Shown here piece by piece: positions 61,597-64,000 of a stretch of DNA of 64,000 nucleotides. How positions within the stretch are numbered: position 1 is the stretch's first letter; the number at the start of each line of letters is the position of its first letter. A program made the translations under genes and the position numbers. The stretch is from Gemmatimonadota bacterium (GTDB taxonomy: Bacteria > Gemmatimonadota > Gemmatimonadetes > Gemmatimonadales > GWC2-71-9), in the NCBI GenBank assembly GCA_039584325.1, contig JBDGYA010000012.1, positions 3,544-67,543 on the forward strand. Direction: 5' to 3'. A model generated the notes under the pieces. The model did no database searches. It saw only the letters and a list, made by a program, of their open reading frames with translations, and was not told the DNA's origin.

Positions 61597-61920
61597 TCAG
61601 CGGAGCCGAATCAAGTATCCCCCACCGGCCACATCAGGCGACCACTCGGTGATGAGCGGGGCAACGTCCTGCCGGAGACACCGGCGAACCGCGGGCGCGA
61701 TGACGGGACTGCCGGCGGACCCCCTGCCCTTTCCTGCGATGATGTGCACGACGCCGCCCGGTTCGCGACGCTGCCAGGTCGTCACGAAGTTGTGGACCGC
61801 CCGCGCGACTTCGTCTCCGCGAAACCCATGCAAGTCGAGCCGTGCACAGGATCGCGCATCGAGAAGGTCTCGGTCGCCGTTGGAATGGGGGCGCCGGGGT
61901 CGGCGCTTTCCGCGTGCCAT
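61597..61920 (-). CDS. Smr domain protein
   Basis: 107 aa with ...RLDLHGFRGDEVARAV...VVHIIAGKGRGS... (the LDLHG and GxG Smr motifs). Confidence 0.75.
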   Translation of the reverse strand: MARGKRRPRRPHSNGDRDLLDARSCARLDLHGFRGDEVARAVHNFVTTWQRREPGGVVHIIAGKGRGSAGSPVIAPAVRRCLRQDVAPLITEWSPDVAGGGYLIRLR

Positions 61921-61930
61921 CAGACCGCGA

Positions 61931-63682
61931 TCAGTTGGGTGGTATCCGGGTCTCGCTGAGTCGCTCGATCAGGAGGCGCACCTGCGTTTCCGAAACCGGG
62001 CCCGACACCACGACCAGATGGTCACCCACGGAGAGGCGTGCGGTCGTCGTGCCGTCGGCCGAGTCGATTTCGGGCTGGGCCGGTCCCTGTGTGGACGGGA
62101 ACGTCCGCACGACGACCTCCTGTCCGGCGGCGAGAACCTGGCGGATCTCGTGCCACGCCAGGCCGGCGTCGGTCACGGCGCGTGCGTCCAGGATCGCGAG
62201 TCCGTCAATGGCAACGACCGTGCTGGAGTCGGTCTGCGACCCGGCCGCAGTGTCCACCTCGGGCACACCGACGGGCATCACCGCGAGTGCGGGGTTTGGC
62301 TCGAGAGTGGCGGGCAGCCCCGTGTCCGCCGGCGCCTCCCCACCCTGCACAGGAAGATCCTCCACACGGCCAGCGGCTTCCTGCACGTTGCCGGTTTCGT
62401 CGAGGGCTGGCGCCGGTCCTCCCTCGGGCACCTGGGCCTCCGAAGCGCTGAACGGAGGCAGGCCGAACGCGATCCACACCACGACTATCACGATCAGACC
62501 CAACGCGCCTCCGGCCCACGCGAGCAAGTGCGACTTGCCTTCTTCCTCTCCGTCCGTGGTCACGAGCAGGACCGAGCCCACTGGGCTCCGCCGTGCCGGC
62601 GACGGCCGGGGCCTCGGCTCCTCGGCGGGCTCGAAGACCACCAGCGGAGCGCGGGGTTCCACTATCTCCGGGCCCTGGTCGCGGCGATCCTCCGAAACCG
62701 CCTCGGCAGCGCTCTCCGGCTCTGTCTCGGCAGCCCCTCCCGGAGGCCCTTTACGCGCCTCCGGTTTGTCGAGGCCGGACGGCGGGGCAACGTCGGTGAT
62801 GTCGGGCGGCTCCGAATCGGCGAGATTCTCTCCCGGGACGAACGCGAGATCGCCCAGTCCCGCCAGATCGCCCAACACGTCTTCCGCATCTTCGGCGACG
62901 GCCTCCGTCGCGTCTACCTCCTCCGGTTTCTCATCCGAGGGCATGAGGGACTCGGCGCCAAAGCGCTCCGAGCGAAACTCGAGGTTCTCGCCCATAGTAG
63001 CCGGTGTCAGCACCTTCTTGTCGACTTCCTCCTCCTCGTCCACCGCCTGCTCCTCGAGCGGCTCTGCTGGCATATCGGTCTCGGCGTCCGCAGGCGTTTC
63101 CGGCTCCAGAGCCGGCGTCGCCGATTCCGGCTCGATCTCCGCGATCGGCGTCGACCGGTCCAGTGTCGGCTTCGGCAACGTTTCCACGCCGGCCGCTTCA
63201 ACTCGTTCGGCCAACTCGAGGAGCATCACGAGAACCGGCAACACCTCCTGCGCAGAACGGTCACCCAGCCCGTCGAGGGCTCGCCGCGTATTCTCGAGTT
63301 GGGCCTGCTCGGCCCAGAGCACCATCACGTCCCGAGCAGGCGCGACGTGACCGTGGTCCAGCATGATGCGGACGAGCCGCTGGAACACGTGGGACCGCTC
63401 GGGCATGACCCGTAGGACCTTCGCGCATACCGCACTCACGCTCTTCGCCGAGCCATGCTCCGCGTAGATCTTGCCGACTCGCTCATACATCGAGACGGCC
63501 GCCTTGGGATTGTCGAGCTTGAGATAGAGATCCCCGGCCTTGACGTACAGCGGTAGTTCCTGCAGCAGCTCCGGCGTGCCCTCGGCGGCCGTGAGGACGT
63601 GCCGGTACATTGCCAGTGCCTCACGAATCCGTCCCTGACGCTCCAGCTCGCGCGCGTTCTGCTTGAGATTCCCGGTGTCCAC
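61931..63682 (-). CDS. TPR-like N-terminal domain / long acidic low-complexity linker / single TM / C-terminal domain protein
   Basis: 583 aa with a GTG start. Residues 1-170 are helical-repeat-like. Residues ~170-380 are rich in E, D, P and A. A TM helix (LLAWAGGALGLIVIVVVWIAFGLPPF) sits at ~386-411, followed by a ~170-aa C-terminal domain. Confidence 0.65.
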   Translation of the reverse strand: MDTGNLKQNARELERQGRIREALAMYRHVLTAAEGTPELLQELPLYVKAGDLYLKLDNPKAAVSMYERVGKIYAEHGSAKSVSAVCAKVLRVMPERSHVFQRLVRIMLDHGHVAPARDVMVLWAEQAQLENTRRALDGLGDRSAQEVLPVLVMLLELAERVEAAGVETLPKPTLDRSTPIAEIEPESATPALEPETPADAETDMPAEPLEEQAVDEEEEVDKKVLTPATMGENLEFRSERFGAESLMPSDEKPEEVDATEAVAEDAEDVLGDLAGLGDLAFVPGENLADSEPPDITDVAPPSGLDKPEARKGPPGGAAETEPESAAEAVSEDRRDQGPEIVEPRAPLVVFEPAEEPRPRPSPARRSPVGSVLLVTTDGEEEGKSHLLAWAGGALGLIVIVVVWIAFGLPPFSASEAQVPEGGPAPALDETGNVQEAAGRVEDLPVQGGEAPADTGLPATLEPNPALAVMPVGVPEVDTAAGSQTDSSTVVAIDGLAILDARAVTDAGLAWHEIRQVLAAGQEVVVRTFPSTQGPAQPEIDSADGTTTARLSVGDHLVVVSGPVSETQVRLLIERLSETRIPPN

Positions 63683-63841
63683 CGAGCCGTCCTCCAGCGA
63701 GGGTTCTGCGGGCGCGGCTCCCGCATCCGTGTCCTAAGCTAGGTCCTCCGCGGCATCCGGCAAGCTTGCGGGGGCTCTTGACACCTCGTCACGCCCCCCG
63801 GGACCTTTCGCGAGCCCCTGGCACCCGCACTCGGAGCCCTC

Positions 63842-64000
63842 ATGCCGCGACCTCCCCTCTCCCGTCTCGTGGTCCTCGTCTGGTGTGCGTTAACGATCGG
63901 CGCGGTCCGACAGGTCGGTGCGCAAGACGATTCCATCGAGGTCCTCATCGTCGTCGCGCACCCCGACGACGACGCGATGTTCGCCGGTGCAGTCTACAAG
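63842..64000 (+). CDS. PIG-L/LmbE-family deacetylase, N-terminal part; the gene runs off the window end
   Basis: My own translation gives MPRPPLSRLVVLVWCALTIGAVRQVGAQDDSIEVLIVVAHPDDDAMFAGAVYK, a signal peptide plus the AHPDD(E/D) motif. Confidence 0.65.
   Translation, partial: MPRPPLSRLVVLVWCALTIGAVRQVGAQDDSIEVLIVVAHPDDDAMFAGAVYK

Noticed and set aside
61649-63415. 588-aa and 502-aa plus-strand ORFs (61649..63415 and 61842..63350)
   Set aside because: Both are antisense to the TPR/acidic-linker gene and the Smr gene. Low-complexity acidic coding sequence gives long stop-free antisense frames rich in Arg, Ser and Gly.
63819-63834. TGGCAC-containing sigma54-like element upstream of the PIG-L gene
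   Set aside because: The -12 element does not fit (CG where GC is required at the correct spacing), and it sits only ~12 nt before the ATG.

Overview
By eye this is a very GC-rich bacterial chromosomal segment (G+C not computed). I call about 50 protein genes plus several gene relics. I recognised no rRNA, tRNA, CRISPR array, transposase, integrase or phage gene. All product calls come from motifs I read in the translations and from my memory of protein families, because no searches were possible.

Gene content falls into five themes:
- Amino-acid and organic-acid catabolism: ald, a CoA-transferase, a short-chain-type threonine dehydrogenase, gdhA and two aminotransferases.
- Secreted or envelope hydrolases: a DUF4953-type zinc protease; M28, M1 and M16 peptidases; GH130, GH84 and NPP enzymes; two beta-lactamase-fold proteins; and a CBM9/DUF5916 outer-membrane protein.
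- A MacA-like adaptor with two FtsX-type permeases.
- A heavy-metal island: a P1B ATPase divergent from a small Cys/His protein followed by TolC-like, adaptor and CusA/CzcA-like genes.
- Redox proteins: bacilliredoxin, ferredoxin, cytochrome c and a reductive-dehalogenase-like Fe-S protein.

The gene mix looks Gemmatimonadota- or Acidobacteriota-like, but that is a low-confidence inference.

The ORF track accepts ATG, GTG and TTG starts. Many of its long ORFs are antisense or alternate-frame shadow ORFs typical of high-GC DNA, and I corrected several starts by hand.

I did not find a convincing novel multi-gene system such as a defence island. The best leads are:
- an RND metal pump whose ORF continues in frame into an extra TM segment plus a Cys-containing domain;
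- a double-receiver protein fused to a stand-alone PPDK-type ATP-grasp domain;
- a well-supported 63-aa ORF in a VOC / cytochrome c operon;
- a TM / DHp-like / receiver protein with no kinase domain;
- an unusual number of gene relics or frameshifted fragments in intergenic spacers.
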